Virus record (IMG/VR): IMGVR_UViG_3300037851_000119
Coordinates: 1 to 59,637 of that record
Direction: 5' to 3' (one strand)
DNA from: a virus
DNA length: 59,637 bases
This document shows, piece by piece, positions 46,481 to 55,834 of the stretch. The position numbers were made by a program, and so were the translations under genes. The number at the start of each line of letters is the position of its first letter. Within the stretch, counting starts at the first letter, position 1. Below the pieces are notes generated by a model. The model had not been told where the DNA came from. It did not search any database and worked only from the letters and a program-made list of their open reading frames with translations.

Positions 46481-46816
46481 GGTGTTCTCCTTGTGGTGGT
46501 GGGGGGGGGTTGAAGGGTGGGGAACCCTGCTAGGGGTTGCTAGGTGGTCTTCGGGCTCTTCGTACAGCCCGTACTCATGCCAGTCGTGCATTTGCTTCTC
46601 CTTCTCGGTGGTGAACCAAACGGCAGCCCGGTTTCCCAGGCGGCCTATTCGTTCATCACTTCTTCGCGTGTCTCTCACGCTCCCTTGGCCGCGTTGCGCT
46701 ATTCCTGACGCTTCCGGCTCAGGCTGCATCGCGCTTTACTCAACGGGTGGGGGGTATCGGTTGTGAAAGAGCAGGCCCTTGAGGCGTTGAAAATGGGCGG
46801 TGTGCTTTCATTATGG

Positions 46817-46882
46817 GTATCGCAATGCGATAGTCAAGAGAAATCTTCTAAGATTGTTCGAGGGGCCCCAACTTCGTATGCT
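46817..46882 (+). promoter_or_regulatory. Candidate promoter/operator of the terminase (late) operon
   Basis: Perfect palindrome TATCGCAATGCGATA (46817-46831). TCTAAGAT lies at 46845-46852. TTGTTC (46853-46858)-17 nt-TATGCT (46877-46882), with the -10 inside the conserved CGTATGCTGGCCT motif. Confidence 0.5.
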
Positions 46883-46905
46883 GGCCTTTGCGCTAAAACA
46901 ACGCC

Positions 46906-47532
46906 ATGCCAGAACTAACCCTCAAGCAGCAGCGATTCATCGAGGAGTACCTGAAAACAGGGAATCTCAGCGAGGCCTATCGCCGGTCTTATGACTGTCA
47001 GCGTATGTCTGAACGGACTATCGGCAAGAAGGCGTATGAACTTTTTCAGACCGGCCATATTGCGGCTAAAGTGGCACAACTTCGCCGATCTGGCAGCGAA
47101 CGCGCTCTAATGTCACGCGCCGATGTGCTGAAAGAGGCGATGCGAATTTCTCGCTTCGATGTTCGAAGATTGTTCAACGATGACGGCAGCCCGAAACCCG
47201 TCTCGGAACTGGACGATGAGACAGCAGCTTGCGTTGCTGGCATCGAGGTGGCCGAGATTTGGGAGGGAAGCGGAAAGGAGCGGGTCTTCGTCGGCTACAC
47301 CAAGAAGTACAGGATCGCCGACAAGAACGCGGCCTTGGACAAGCTATTCCGCCACTTTGGCCTGTACGAGAAGGACAACAAGCAGAAGGCCGACCCGATA
47401 CGCGACCTGATAGCGGCCATCTCCGGGGCCAGCCTCAAGCCGGTGCATGAGACAGCCCAGGTGAAGGGGGAAACCATCGAGGCCGTGAGGACGGACTACT
47501 CCCGCCTGGGAGACGACGAGGACGAGGATTGA
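46906..47532 (+). CDS. terS: Terminase small subunit
   Basis: LTLKQQRFIEEYLKTGNLSEAYRRSY is a typical Terminase_2-type N-terminus. The gene lies upstream of terL. Confidence 0.8.
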   Translation: MPELTLKQQRFIEEYLKTGNLSEAYRRSYDCQRMSERTIGKKAYELFQTGHIAAKVAQLRRSGSERALMSRADVLKEAMRISRFDVRRLFNDDGSPKPVSELDDETAACVAGIEVAEIWEGSGKERVFVGYTKKYRIADKNAALDKLFRHFGLYEKDNKQKADPIRDLIAAISGASLKPVHETAQVKGETIEAVRTDYSRLGDDEDED

Positions 47533-47644
47533 TGCCAGTCCATAAGCCCAGCTTATCGCCTCTTGGATATAACCCCGGCATTTTTGACACCAATGCTCAA
47601 GAAATGAGCAGACTCGATAAACTCAGCTTATCAGGTGGCTAGGA

Positions 47645-49327
47645 ATGACGCGGGGTGTTGACGCCAGTATTGCCCGGCCAGATGCCGCACCAACCGTCGA
47701 GGCGGCCGTCCTAGCCAGCCTGGACGCATGGATTGACGAGTCGGAGGCTGAGATCAAGGCCCGGGAGGCGGCCTATGAGGAGTTGCGGGCCAACCTTGCC
47801 GACCCTATCTGGCGACTGTCCAACCTCTACAAGATCATGGTGAAGGGCGAGGATGGCGAGGATGATCTAGTCCTCCAGTTCAAGCCCAACAGGGCCCAGC
47901 GCCGGTTCCTCAAGCGCCTATGGTCACGCAACATCATCCTCAAGGCCCGGCAGCTTGGCTTCACGACCCTGATTGCTATCGTCTGGCTCGACCATGCCTT
48001 GTTCAACCGCAACGTGCGGTGCGGCATCATCGCCCAGGACAGGGAGGCGGCCGAGGTGATCTTCCGCGACAAGGTGAAGTTTGCCTACGAGAACCTGCCC
48101 GACCCGATCCGGCTGGCCTGCCCCCTGGAGAAGGACAGCGCGACAGAACTTCTCTTTGCCCACAACAACAGCAGCATCCGCGTGGCGACCTCGATGCGAT
48201 CCGGCACGATCCACCGGCTGCATGTGTCAGAGTTCGGGAAGATCTGCGCCAAGTACCCAGACAAGGCGAAGGAGGTGGTGACTGGCTCCCTGCCGGCCGT
48301 GCCTCAGTCCGGCATCGTGGTGATCGAGTCAACGGCAGAGGGCCAGGACGGCGAGTTCTACACCATGACGCAGCGGGCCCTGGCCTTCGAGCAGCAGGGC
48401 CGACAGCTTGGCCCACGGGACTACCGCATGCACTTCTTCCCCTGGTGGCAGGCCAGGGAGTACGTCACCGACCCCTCCCTGGTGGTGATGACGGAGAAGG
48501 ACGCGGCCTACTTCCATGCCATCGAAGGGGAAATCGGCCGGGCCCTGACCGATGAGCAGCGGGCGTGGTATGTGGCGACGAGGGACGGAGAGTTCCATGG
48601 CGACCCCTCTCGGATGTGGCAGGAGTACCCCAGCACTCCCCAGGAGGCCTTCCAAGTCTCTACCGAGGGTTGCTACTACGCAAACGTCCTATCCGATGCC
48701 AGGAAGCAGGGGCGCATCCTCCGCATCCCGATCCTGGCCGAGCCGGTCAATACCTTCTGGGACTTGGGCCAGGGTGATGCCACGGCGGTCTGGTTCCATC
48801 AATGGATAGGCAAGGAGCATCGCTTCATCCGCTACCACGAAGCCTCCGGGGAATCCCTGGCGTACTGGATCAAGTACCTGCAAGACACGGGGTACATCTT
48901 CAACCGGCACTACCTCCCGCATGACGCGGCCCACAAGCACTTGTCGGACACGAACCGCTCCATTGCCGAGCAGTTGGAGGACAAGGGCATGCGAGGCCTG
49001 GAGATCGTGCCGCGCATCTCGGACATCGGGGCCGGGATCAACTTGGTGCGTGAACACTTCGCCCAGGCGTGGTTTGACGAGGAGGGATGCGCCGAGGGGT
49101 TGAAGCGGCTGGGTGGCTATCGGAAGCAATGGAACAGCACCCTGGGGGCATGGCGACCCGAGCCTGCCCACGACGACAACTCGCACGGATCGGATGCCTT
49201 CCGGCAATGGGCCCAGGCGCTAGATGGCGGGCTCTTGGTTCCGGCCGGGTACTCCGTGCCGTCGATTCATGGAAATGGCCGATCTTCTGGCCGTGGCCGC
49301 CGTCCTGGCTCCTGGCGGGCAGCATGA
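47645..49327 (+). CDS. terL: Terminase large subunit
   Basis: 560 aa. Contains an ARQLGFTT-type ATPase segment and a C-terminal nuclease-like half. Followed by the portal. Confidence 0.8.
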   Translation: MTRGVDASIARPDAAPTVEAAVLASLDAWIDESEAEIKAREAAYEELRANLADPIWRLSNLYKIMVKGEDGEDDLVLQFKPNRAQRRFLKRLWSRNIILKARQLGFTTLIAIVWLDHALFNRNVRCGIIAQDREAAEVIFRDKVKFAYENLPDPIRLACPLEKDSATELLFAHNNSSIRVATSMRSGTIHRLHVSEFGKICAKYPDKAKEVVTGSLPAVPQSGIVVIESTAEGQDGEFYTMTQRALAFEQQGRQLGPRDYRMHFFPWWQAREYVTDPSLVVMTEKDAAYFHAIEGEIGRALTDEQRAWYVATRDGEFHGDPSRMWQEYPSTPQEAFQVSTEGCYYANVLSDARKQGRILRIPILAEPVNTFWDLGQGDATAVWFHQWIGKEHRFIRYHEASGESLAYWIKYLQDTGYIFNRHYLPHDAAHKHLSDTNRSIAEQLEDKGMRGLEIVPRISDIGAGINLVREHFAQAWFDEEGCAEGLKRLGGYRKQWNSTLGAWRPEPAHDDNSHGSDAFRQWAQALDGGLLVPAGYSVPSIHGNGRSSGRGRRPGSWRAA

Positions 49328-49494
49328 GGGACGAGGCGATGATGATGGCGTTTGATGGCTGGATCAATCAGCCAGAGAACGGCCGAGTGCCGGGCTATTG
49401 GGCCATGTTGGCTTTTGCGGCTGGCTGGGAGGCCCGAGGCGAGGCGATGCAGGCCGGGGCATCTCCCGACCAAGACCAAGAGAAGAAGGGGTAA
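49324..49494 (+). CDS. Small hypothetical protein (56 aa)
   Basis: ATGA overlap with the terL stop and a TAATG overlap with the next gene. Confidence 0.45.
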   Translation: MRDEAMMMAFDGWINQPENGRVPGYWAMLAFAAGWEARGEAMQAGASPDQDQEKKG

Positions 49495-49724
49495 TGATGA
49501 GTGAGTTCAATGTTGTGACTGACACCTGGGCGCACCGCGACATCACGATGCGCTGCCGAACCTGCATGTGGTTCGTGCCGAAGGCTGCTGACAAGAACTA
49601 CGAAGGCCGCATCGGTGGCCGTCTGGGCCGCTGCCGGCGCTGTGCCCCGACGCACAACGGCTTCCCGGCCGTCTACGAGGCCGACTGGTGCGGCGATCAC
49701 AAGCTAGACGAGAAGAGGGTATGA
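49494..49724 (+). CDS. Small Cys-rich hypothetical protein (76 aa)
   Basis: AGAAGGGG lies upstream. Contains CRTCMWF...CRRCAP...WCGDH. Confidence 0.5.
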   Translation: MMSEFNVVTDTWAHRDITMRCRTCMWFVPKAADKNYEGRIGGRLGRCRRCAPTHNGFPAVYEADWCGDHKLDEKRV

Positions 49725-50044
49725 CCATGTACGAGTACAAGGCGACGATCCTTCGAGTGGTGGATGCCGACACCCTGGACATGGAAGTGGACATGGGCTT
49801 TCACGTTACGAGCCGGCAGAGGTTCCGTCTGGCCCGCATTGATGCGCCCGAGATGAAGACGGCGGAAGGCAAGGCGGCGAAGGCCAGGGTCGAGACTCTG
49901 CTGGCCGAGGCGGCCTCTTGCGTGATCAGCACGGAGAAGGGGGATAGCTTCGGCCGGTGGATAGCCGAGGTGGTGCTGCCGTCCGGGGTGAACCTGTCCG
50001 ACTGGCTTCTGGCCGAGGGGTTGGCGGAGGAGTACAGGAGATGA
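49721..50044 (+). CDS. Thermonuclease (SNase)-like protein
   Basis: VVDADTLDMEV...FRLARIDAPE. ATGA overlap with the upstream gene. Confidence 0.6.
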   Translation: MTMYEYKATILRVVDADTLDMEVDMGFHVTSRQRFRLARIDAPEMKTAEGKAAKARVETLLAEAASCVISTEKGDSFGRWIAEVVLPSGVNLSDWLLAEGLAEEYRR

Positions 50045-50199
50045 GGCGGCGACCTGGGGTTCTGTACGAGTGGATGCGGATCATGTCGGAGGCTGACTTG
50101 CTGACCCGGCTTGTTGCGTTGATTTTGGCTGGCGCGATCTTGCTTGGCATGTGGATGACGATGGGCCTGATGGTGATCGTGTGGCAAATGCTGGCCTAG
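50041..50199 (+). CDS. Small membrane protein (52 aa)
   Basis: ATGA overlap. The hydrophobic segment is LVALILAGAILLGMWMTMGLMVIVW. Confidence 0.45.
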   Translation: MRRRPGVLYEWMRIMSEADLLTRLVALILAGAILLGMWMTMGLMVIVWQMLA

Positions 50200-50236
50200 C
50201 CGAGACAATGGCCCGCAACTTCTCTTGGAGAACCCC

Positions 50237-50695
50237 ATGGCGGTGATGATCGGCGGCCCGAAGGCCTGGAAGACCCGGCAGACGGGCGACATTGGCGTGT
50301 CCTACCAATGGGTGAATGACGAACCGGCCATGATTCTCTTTCCTGCGCGGCATGCGCTACCAGGGCACGGGGCCTATGTCGTGTGCCTGTCGGCGGCGTT
50401 CAAGTATGCGGATTCCAAGACTGGCGGGCCCACGCCGTACCTGATAGAGGCGGCCAAGCATGCGGCGGATGTGATGGGCATGTTCCCTGACCAGTTCACC
50501 CTGCGGCGGATTGCCGATGTGATCGTGGACGGCCTGCCGGATCTGGTGGATATGCCTCCCGAGCCTGTGGGATTCAACGAGGCGGAGCATCGTGCCATTG
50601 CTGGCGAGATGACGATCAGGGTTGATGGCCAGACTATCCATGAAGCGGAGGTGACGGCCCCGACCGAGGCTGAACTGATGGGGGCGCATGCCTGA
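50237..50695 (+). CDS. Hypothetical protein
   Basis: GGAGAACCCC lies upstream of ATG 50237. The stop overlaps the portal start. Confidence 0.55.
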   Translation: MAVMIGGPKAWKTRQTGDIGVSYQWVNDEPAMILFPARHALPGHGAYVVCLSAAFKYADSKTGGPTPYLIEAAKHAADVMGMFPDQFTLRRIADVIVDGLPDLVDMPPEPVGFNEAEHRAIAGEMTIRVDGQTIHEAEVTAPTEAELMGAHA

Positions 50696-52962
50696 TGGAC
50701 GGATTCGAGAATAGCCGGGCGTCATCGCCCTTTGACGACCCGACCCGGATGGGTGGTGTTGCTGGTGAGCCGCTGCCGGAGCGTCCGGCGAATGATCTGG
50801 ACTCCGGCGCGAACCGGGCGCTCTTTTCCAAGCTACGCGACTGGTACGATCAGGAATGGGAGCGGCAGGCGCACAACCGTTACCAGATGGCCCTGGACGA
50901 GGACTACTACGACTCGATGCAATGGTCGGAGGAGGATGCCCAGGCCTTGCTGGAGCGTGGTCAGGCCCCGCTGGTATTCAACGAGATCAAGCCGACGATC
51001 GACTGGATTCTCGGGACGGAGCGGCGCACCCGGATCGACTACAAGGTGCAGCCCAGGAAGAAGGATGGCGGGCAGGACGCCGAGAACAAGACAAAGCTGC
51101 TCAAGTACCTATCTGACACCAACAAGACGGTGTTTTCGCGTTCCAGGGCCTTCGGCGATGCGGTGAAAGCGGGCCTTGGCATCTTGGAGGTGGGGTTGCG
51201 AGGCGACCAGACCGAGGAACTGCTGTACACGCGCTACGAGAACTGGCGCTATACCCTGTACGACTCCAACAGCGTCGAGCCAGATTGGGAGGATGCGCGG
51301 TACTTTTTCCGCTGGAAGTGGCTGGATCAGGACATTGCCGAGGCATACTTTCCGGAGCGGACAGACATCATCAAGAAGGGGGCCACCGACAAGTCCTCCC
51401 TGGAGATGAACGAGGACGACGACGAGATCTGGTATCTCGGGGCCCGCGTGAGTGAGCCCGGCGAGGACTACTCTCGGAGCGTGGGCAAGTACCGGCCCTA
51501 TGACGGCAGCGCCTTTGCCAACTCCAGGCGTTCGCGGATCAAGATGATCGAGTGCTGGTACAAGGAGCCGGTGCTGGTACGGAAGTTCAGCTACGGCCCG
51601 ATGGCTGGCATGGCCTTCGAGAAGGGCAACGTCGAGCATGTTGCGGCCCTGCGGTCTGGTTATTCCCTGTACGACAAGCTGGAGATGCGCGTCATGTGCG
51701 CGGTCTTCTGCAATGGCGGGCTGGTGTTCAAGTCAGAGAGCCCCTACGAGCATGGCCGCTTCCCGTTCGTACCGGTGTGGTGCTACCGCCGCAAGCGTGA
51801 CAATGCCCCGTATGGCGCGATCCGCAACCTGCGCGACCCCCAGGACGACCTGAACAAGCGGGCCTCGAAGTCCCTTTGGATTCTCTCGACCAACCGCGTG
51901 ATCATGGAGCGCGGGGCGGTTGACGACATAGACGAGTTGCGCGAGGAAGTGGCGCGACCGGATGCTGTGGTGGTGAAAAACCCCGGCAAGCAACTGGAGA
52001 TCAACAGCGACTCAGAACTAGCCCAGGCGCACCTTGGGCTGATGGAGCGCGACATCCAGCACATCCGGAACGTGGGCGGCGTGACCAACGAGAACCTGGG
52101 GCGGCAGACGAACGCAACCTCTGGTGTGGCCATTGCCAACCGCCAGGAGCAGGGCGGTGTCGTCACAACGGAGATGTTCGACAACCTGCGATATGCCGTG
52201 CAACTGCTGGGAGAACTGGAACTGGCCAACATCGAGCAGTTCTATACCCAGGAGAAGGTGATCCGCCTTGTCGGTCCGCGTGGCACGGCCTCCTTTGTGG
52301 AACTGAACAAGGTCGATCCGGTGACGGGCGAGGTGCTGAACGACATTACGGCGATGAAGGGCGACTTCATCGTGGACGAGCAGGACTACCGTTCCAGCCT
52401 GCGGCAGGCGATGTTCGAGAGCCTGTTCGACCTGATGGGCCGCCTTGGCCAAGTCAACCCGCAAGTGGCGCTTAATCTTCTCGATCTTGTGGTCGAGATG
52501 GCCGATGTTCCGAACCGGGACGAACTTGTATCGCGGATTCGCCAGATCAACGGCCAGAAAGACCCAGAGGCAGAGCAAACCCCGGAGGAGTTGCAGCAGC
52601 AGCAGGCCCAGGCAGAGCAACAGGCCTTGCAGCAGCAGGTAGCCATGGAGACGTTGCAGGCCCAGCTTGCCGAGATGATCGCCAAGGGCGAACACATGAA
52701 CGCCCAGGCCATCCAGAAGCGTGTCGAGGCGATGTATTCCGCCTTGCAGGCCGCCCAGGTGATCGCGGTAGCGCCCGGCATTGCCCCGGTGGCCGACGAG
52801 ATCATGAAGGGCAGCGGCTTTGTGGACATGGCACCGGCCCTGGATCAGCAGACGGCGCTGGCCGCACAGGCCGCGGGCCCTATCCCGCCCGCAGAAAACC
52901 CCTCGCCTCTGCTTGGAGTACAGCAGGGGATTCAAACCATGGCGCCGGATGGCGTCCGATGA
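50695..52962 (+). CDS. Portal protein
   Basis: 755 aa, directly after the terminase cluster. The C-terminus is Q/A-rich. Called from size and position. Confidence 0.75.
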   Translation: MDGFENSRASSPFDDPTRMGGVAGEPLPERPANDLDSGANRALFSKLRDWYDQEWERQAHNRYQMALDEDYYDSMQWSEEDAQALLERGQAPLVFNEIKPTIDWILGTERRTRIDYKVQPRKKDGGQDAENKTKLLKYLSDTNKTVFSRSRAFGDAVKAGLGILEVGLRGDQTEELLYTRYENWRYTLYDSNSVEPDWEDARYFFRWKWLDQDIAEAYFPERTDIIKKGATDKSSLEMNEDDDEIWYLGARVSEPGEDYSRSVGKYRPYDGSAFANSRRSRIKMIECWYKEPVLVRKFSYGPMAGMAFEKGNVEHVAALRSGYSLYDKLEMRVMCAVFCNGGLVFKSESPYEHGRFPFVPVWCYRRKRDNAPYGAIRNLRDPQDDLNKRASKSLWILSTNRVIMERGAVDDIDELREEVARPDAVVVKNPGKQLEINSDSELAQAHLGLMERDIQHIRNVGGVTNENLGRQTNATSGVAIANRQEQGGVVTTEMFDNLRYAVQLLGELELANIEQFYTQEKVIRLVGPRGTASFVELNKVDPVTGEVLNDITAMKGDFIVDEQDYRSSLRQAMFESLFDLMGRLGQVNPQVALNLLDLVVEMADVPNRDELVSRIRQINGQKDPEAEQTPEELQQQQAQAEQQALQQQVAMETLQAQLAEMIAKGEHMNAQAIQKRVEAMYSALQAAQVIAVAPGIAPVADEIMKGSGFVDMAPALDQQTALAAQAAGPIPPAENPSPLLGVQQGIQTMAPDGVR

Positions 52963-52989
52963 TGCGTGTATCAATGAAAGGAGCAACAC

Positions 52990-53859
52990 ATGGGTAAGCT
53001 GACCGACGAAGAGCGCGAAGGCCTGTCAGACGAGGAACTGGAGGCCCTGGAGGAGGATACCGGCGACGATATGGCCGACATTGGCGACCATGATGATGAC
53101 GATGGAGACGGCCGTGAGGCCAGCGCAGCAGGAGAAGACGATGCGGCCAGCGGCGATGCGGATGCGGATGATGAGGGCGAAGAGGGCGAAGACGAGCCCC
53201 AGCAGCGCGAGTTCATGCCCGTCTATGACGCAAAACCTGTCGAGGGATACGACGCCAAGATGGCCGAGTACGCCTCCCAGAAAAAAGGGCTCAGAGAGCA
53301 ACTGAACAACGGCGACATCACCCTCGATGAGTACGAGGAGAAGAAAGACGCCATCGTTGCAGAGGAGCAGGCCCTACGCGAGAGCAACCTGAAAGCCCAG
53401 ATCTCCTCAGAACAGCGCAACCAGACCGCCATGCAGCGGTGGGAGTGGGAGCAGGAGAAGTTCTTTGGAGAGGAGGGCAACGGCATCTACAAGGATCGCT
53501 ACGTTCTACAGGCCTTCGACCTTGCCGTGCGTGATCTCGCCAACGACGAGAAGAACGCCCAGCGTTCCCCGGCGTGGTTCCTGCAAGAGGCAGACCGGAT
53601 CGTGCGCGAACGCTTCAATATTGTGGCGAAGAAGGAAGACGCTCCTATCCAGCCGAAGGGCGAGAAGCCCAAGCGTGGCCGTGAGCCTGACCTTTCCAAG
53701 ATCCCGAAGACCCTGGCCAATCTGCCGAACGCGGAACTGGCAGAAACAGGGGGCGACGAGTTCGCCTACCTCGAAAAACTGGACGGCATCGAACTCGAAC
53801 GGGCGCTTCGCAAGCTGACCCCTGAGCAAGAGGCCCGATACCTGGGGATTAGTGCCTGA
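52990..53859 (+). CDS. Scaffolding protein
   Basis: GAAAGGAG lies upstream. The N-terminus is highly acidic and the rest is charged and helical. Lies between portal and capsid. Confidence 0.65.
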   Translation: MGKLTDEEREGLSDEELEALEEDTGDDMADIGDHDDDDGDGREASAAGEDDAASGDADADDEGEEGEDEPQQREFMPVYDAKPVEGYDAKMAEYASQKKGLREQLNNGDITLDEYEEKKDAIVAEEQALRESNLKAQISSEQRNQTAMQRWEWEQEKFFGEEGNGIYKDRYVLQAFDLAVRDLANDEKNAQRSPAWFLQEADRIVRERFNIVAKKEDAPIQPKGEKPKRGREPDLSKIPKTLANLPNAELAETGGDEFAYLEKLDGIELERALRKLTPEQEARYLGISA

Positions 53860-54059
53860 TGAGCATGAAGATCGAGTTGCGGGTGGGTGAAACGCTTTCC
53901 TTCGAGGGATCTGGCAAGGCCACGATCACGCTCATGGAGAAGAGCGGCCAGCGGGCCCGCCTCGATATTCAAGCAGACGATTCCGTGAAGATGAGCAAGA
54001 ACACGCCGGTATCTGGTGCGGCCATGGCCCGCAACGGATTGTCGGTGCATCCGATGTAA
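53859..54059 (+). CDS. CsrA-like small protein (66 aa)
   Basis: It shares the RVGETL hexapeptide with E. coli CsrA. The downstream pattern also aligns: T.T(V/L)..K.G(N/Q)..R(I/L)..(N/Q)A...V. The key Arg44 position is Lys here. Confidence 0.45.
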   Translation: MSMKIELRVGETLSFEGSGKATITLMEKSGQRARLDIQADDSVKMSKNTPVSGAAMARNGLSVHPM

Positions 54060-54106
54060 ATGCTGGCCTCGTCTGTATAAAGGCGTCAGGCGAGTAGTTT
54101 CGCGTA

Positions 54107-54171
54107 GGCCTGGAGGGTTCCAGGCCGGTCGCGCAGGAGTGCGACTTGAGAGGTTTTTAACTTTCAAGGAG
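54107..54171 (+). promoter_or_regulatory. Structured 5' leader of the capsid gene with GGA motifs
   Basis: Hairpin GGCCTGG-AGGGTT-CCAGGCC (54107-54126). Hairpin GTCGC-gCAGGAGt-GCGAC (54128-54145) presents GGA in its loop. SD AAGGAG lies at 54166-54171. Confidence 0.5.
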
Positions 54172-54179
54172 CATTTCAA

Positions 54180-55298
54180 ATGGGTAAGACCGTTGTTGGT
54201 GCTGGCGATCCCAAGGCAGTCAAGAAGTTTTCCGCCTTCTTGGCCGTGGACGTTGGCCGCAAATCCTACTGGAACAAGAAGTTCATGGGTGTTGGCGAAG
54301 AGGCCCAGACCCCCATCCAAACCCTGCCGCATCTGGAAAACGATGCTGGCGATCAGATCTCCTACGATCTGGTTGCTCAGTTGAAGATGAAGCCCGTCCA
54401 GGGCGATGCCGTCCTGCGCGGCAAAGAGGAAGATCTCAAGTTCTACACGGATCAACTCTACATCGACCAACTGCGCGGTGGCGTGAACACGGGCGGCAAG
54501 ATGACCCGCAAACGCACCATCCACGACCTGCGGAAAATCGCCCGCGCTCGTCAGTCCGATTGGTGGGCTCGTCTGTTTGACGAAACCATCATGATGTATG
54601 CCGCTGGCGCCCGTGGCGTCAACCCGGACTACATCGAGGACACCAGCTTTACCGGCTACGCCGGCAACAGCTTCGTTGCCCCTGACGCCAACCACCTCCT
54701 CTACGGTGGCGACGCGACGGCCAAGGCCAACGTGGACGCGAACGACAAGTTCACGCTCAAGTTGATCGACCGCGCTGTTGCCCGCGCCGAGGTGATGGGT
54801 GGCGGCACTCAGAAGACCCCAGCCATGCAGCCCGTGATGATCGACGGCGAAGAGCATTACGTCCTCGTCATGCACCCCTGGCAGGAGTACGACCTGCGTA
54901 CCGACACCGGCACGGCTGGCTGGCTGGACATCCAGAAGGCCGCCTCCGCGTCCGATGGCCGCAACTCCCCGATCTTCAAGGGTGGCCTGGGCATGCACAA
55001 CAACGTGGTGCTGCACAAGCACAAGGGCGTGATCCGCTTCTCCGACTACGGTGCTGGCGCCAACGTGGCCGCTGCCCGTGCCCTGTTCCTGGGTCGTCAG
55101 GCTGCCGTGGTTGCCTTTGGCTCCCCGGGTACTGGCCTGCGTTTCGATTGGAACGAGGAAGTCGAAGATCGCGGCAATCAGGTCGTGATCACCACCTCCA
55201 GCATCTTCGGCGTGAAGAAGACCAACTTCACGATCGACGGTACTGCGATGGACTTCGGCTTGATCGCCCTGGACACCGCGGCTGCTGATCCCAGCTAA
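54180..55298 (+). CDS. Major capsid protein (N4-gp56-type, HK97 fold)
   Basis: Strong SD. 372 aa, after the scaffold. Assignment from memory of the family and from context. Confidence 0.75.
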   Translation: MGKTVVGAGDPKAVKKFSAFLAVDVGRKSYWNKKFMGVGEEAQTPIQTLPHLENDAGDQISYDLVAQLKMKPVQGDAVLRGKEEDLKFYTDQLYIDQLRGGVNTGGKMTRKRTIHDLRKIARARQSDWWARLFDETIMMYAAGARGVNPDYIEDTSFTGYAGNSFVAPDANHLLYGGDATAKANVDANDKFTLKLIDRAVARAEVMGGGTQKTPAMQPVMIDGEEHYVLVMHPWQEYDLRTDTGTAGWLDIQKAASASDGRNSPIFKGGLGMHNNVVLHKHKGVIRFSDYGAGANVAAARALFLGRQAAVVAFGSPGTGLRFDWNEEVEDRGNQVVITTSSIFGVKKTNFTIDGTAMDFGLIALDTAAADPS

Positions 55299-55305
55299 GA
55301 CTGAC

Positions 55306-55324
55306 GGAGGGGCCTAGCCCCTCC
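55306..55324 (+). promoter_or_regulatory. GC hairpin directly after the capsid gene
   Basis: GGAGGGGC-cta-GCCCCTCC, with no U tract. Confidence 0.4.
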
Positions 55325-55360
55325 TGACGAATAGCCCAATACCTCTGAAAGGAAATCGAA

Positions 55361-55822
55361 ATGGCTAACATGAAATCCGACTTCGCCAACGGCCGCAAGC
55401 CGATGCCGAACCCCAATGGCCCCGAAGTGGTCAACGTGCTGATCGCCCTTCCCGTTACTGCCGGTCAGACTGCTCTGAACGACATCTACGAGATGTGCGA
55501 ACTGCCCGAGGACTGCGCCCTTGTTGATGCCGTCTATGCCGCATCCGACATCGACACCAACGGCACTCCCGCTCATGCCATGTCGTTCGGCGTGATCAAC
55601 TCCGGTGGCACTGATCTGGACACCACCCTGGAGGCCTCTATCCAAGTCGGCCGTGCTGGTACTGCTGCCCGCATGACCCCGACCGTGGTCAATCAGACCG
55701 TGACGACTGATGGCAAGACCCGCAAGAAGCTGGGCTACAAGGTGACGACTGCATCCGCGACCGGCGCTGCCGGCACTGTGTATCTGAACCTGTCCTACCG
55801 TAGCGCCGCCTGGGGCGCCTAA
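55361..55822 (+). CDS. Virion protein (possible capsid decoration)
   Basis: GAAAGGAA lies upstream. 153 aa, next to the capsid gene. Confidence 0.45.
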   Translation: MANMKSDFANGRKPMPNPNGPEVVNVLIALPVTAGQTALNDIYEMCELPEDCALVDAVYAASDIDTNGTPAHAMSFGVINSGGTDLDTTLEASIQVGRAGTAARMTPTVVNQTVTTDGKTRKKLGYKVTTASATGAAGTVYLNLSYRSAAWGA

Positions 55823-55834
55823 TAGGCGCTGAAT

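Noticed and set aside
46442-46729. The 95-aa track ORF as a real gene.
   Set aside because: Its upstream two-thirds covers the leader, which resembles the non-coding intercistronic elements elsewhere in the operon. It ends at the poly-C frameshift. I treat it as a leader plus a 12-codon truncated start, although a start at 46591 cannot be excluded.
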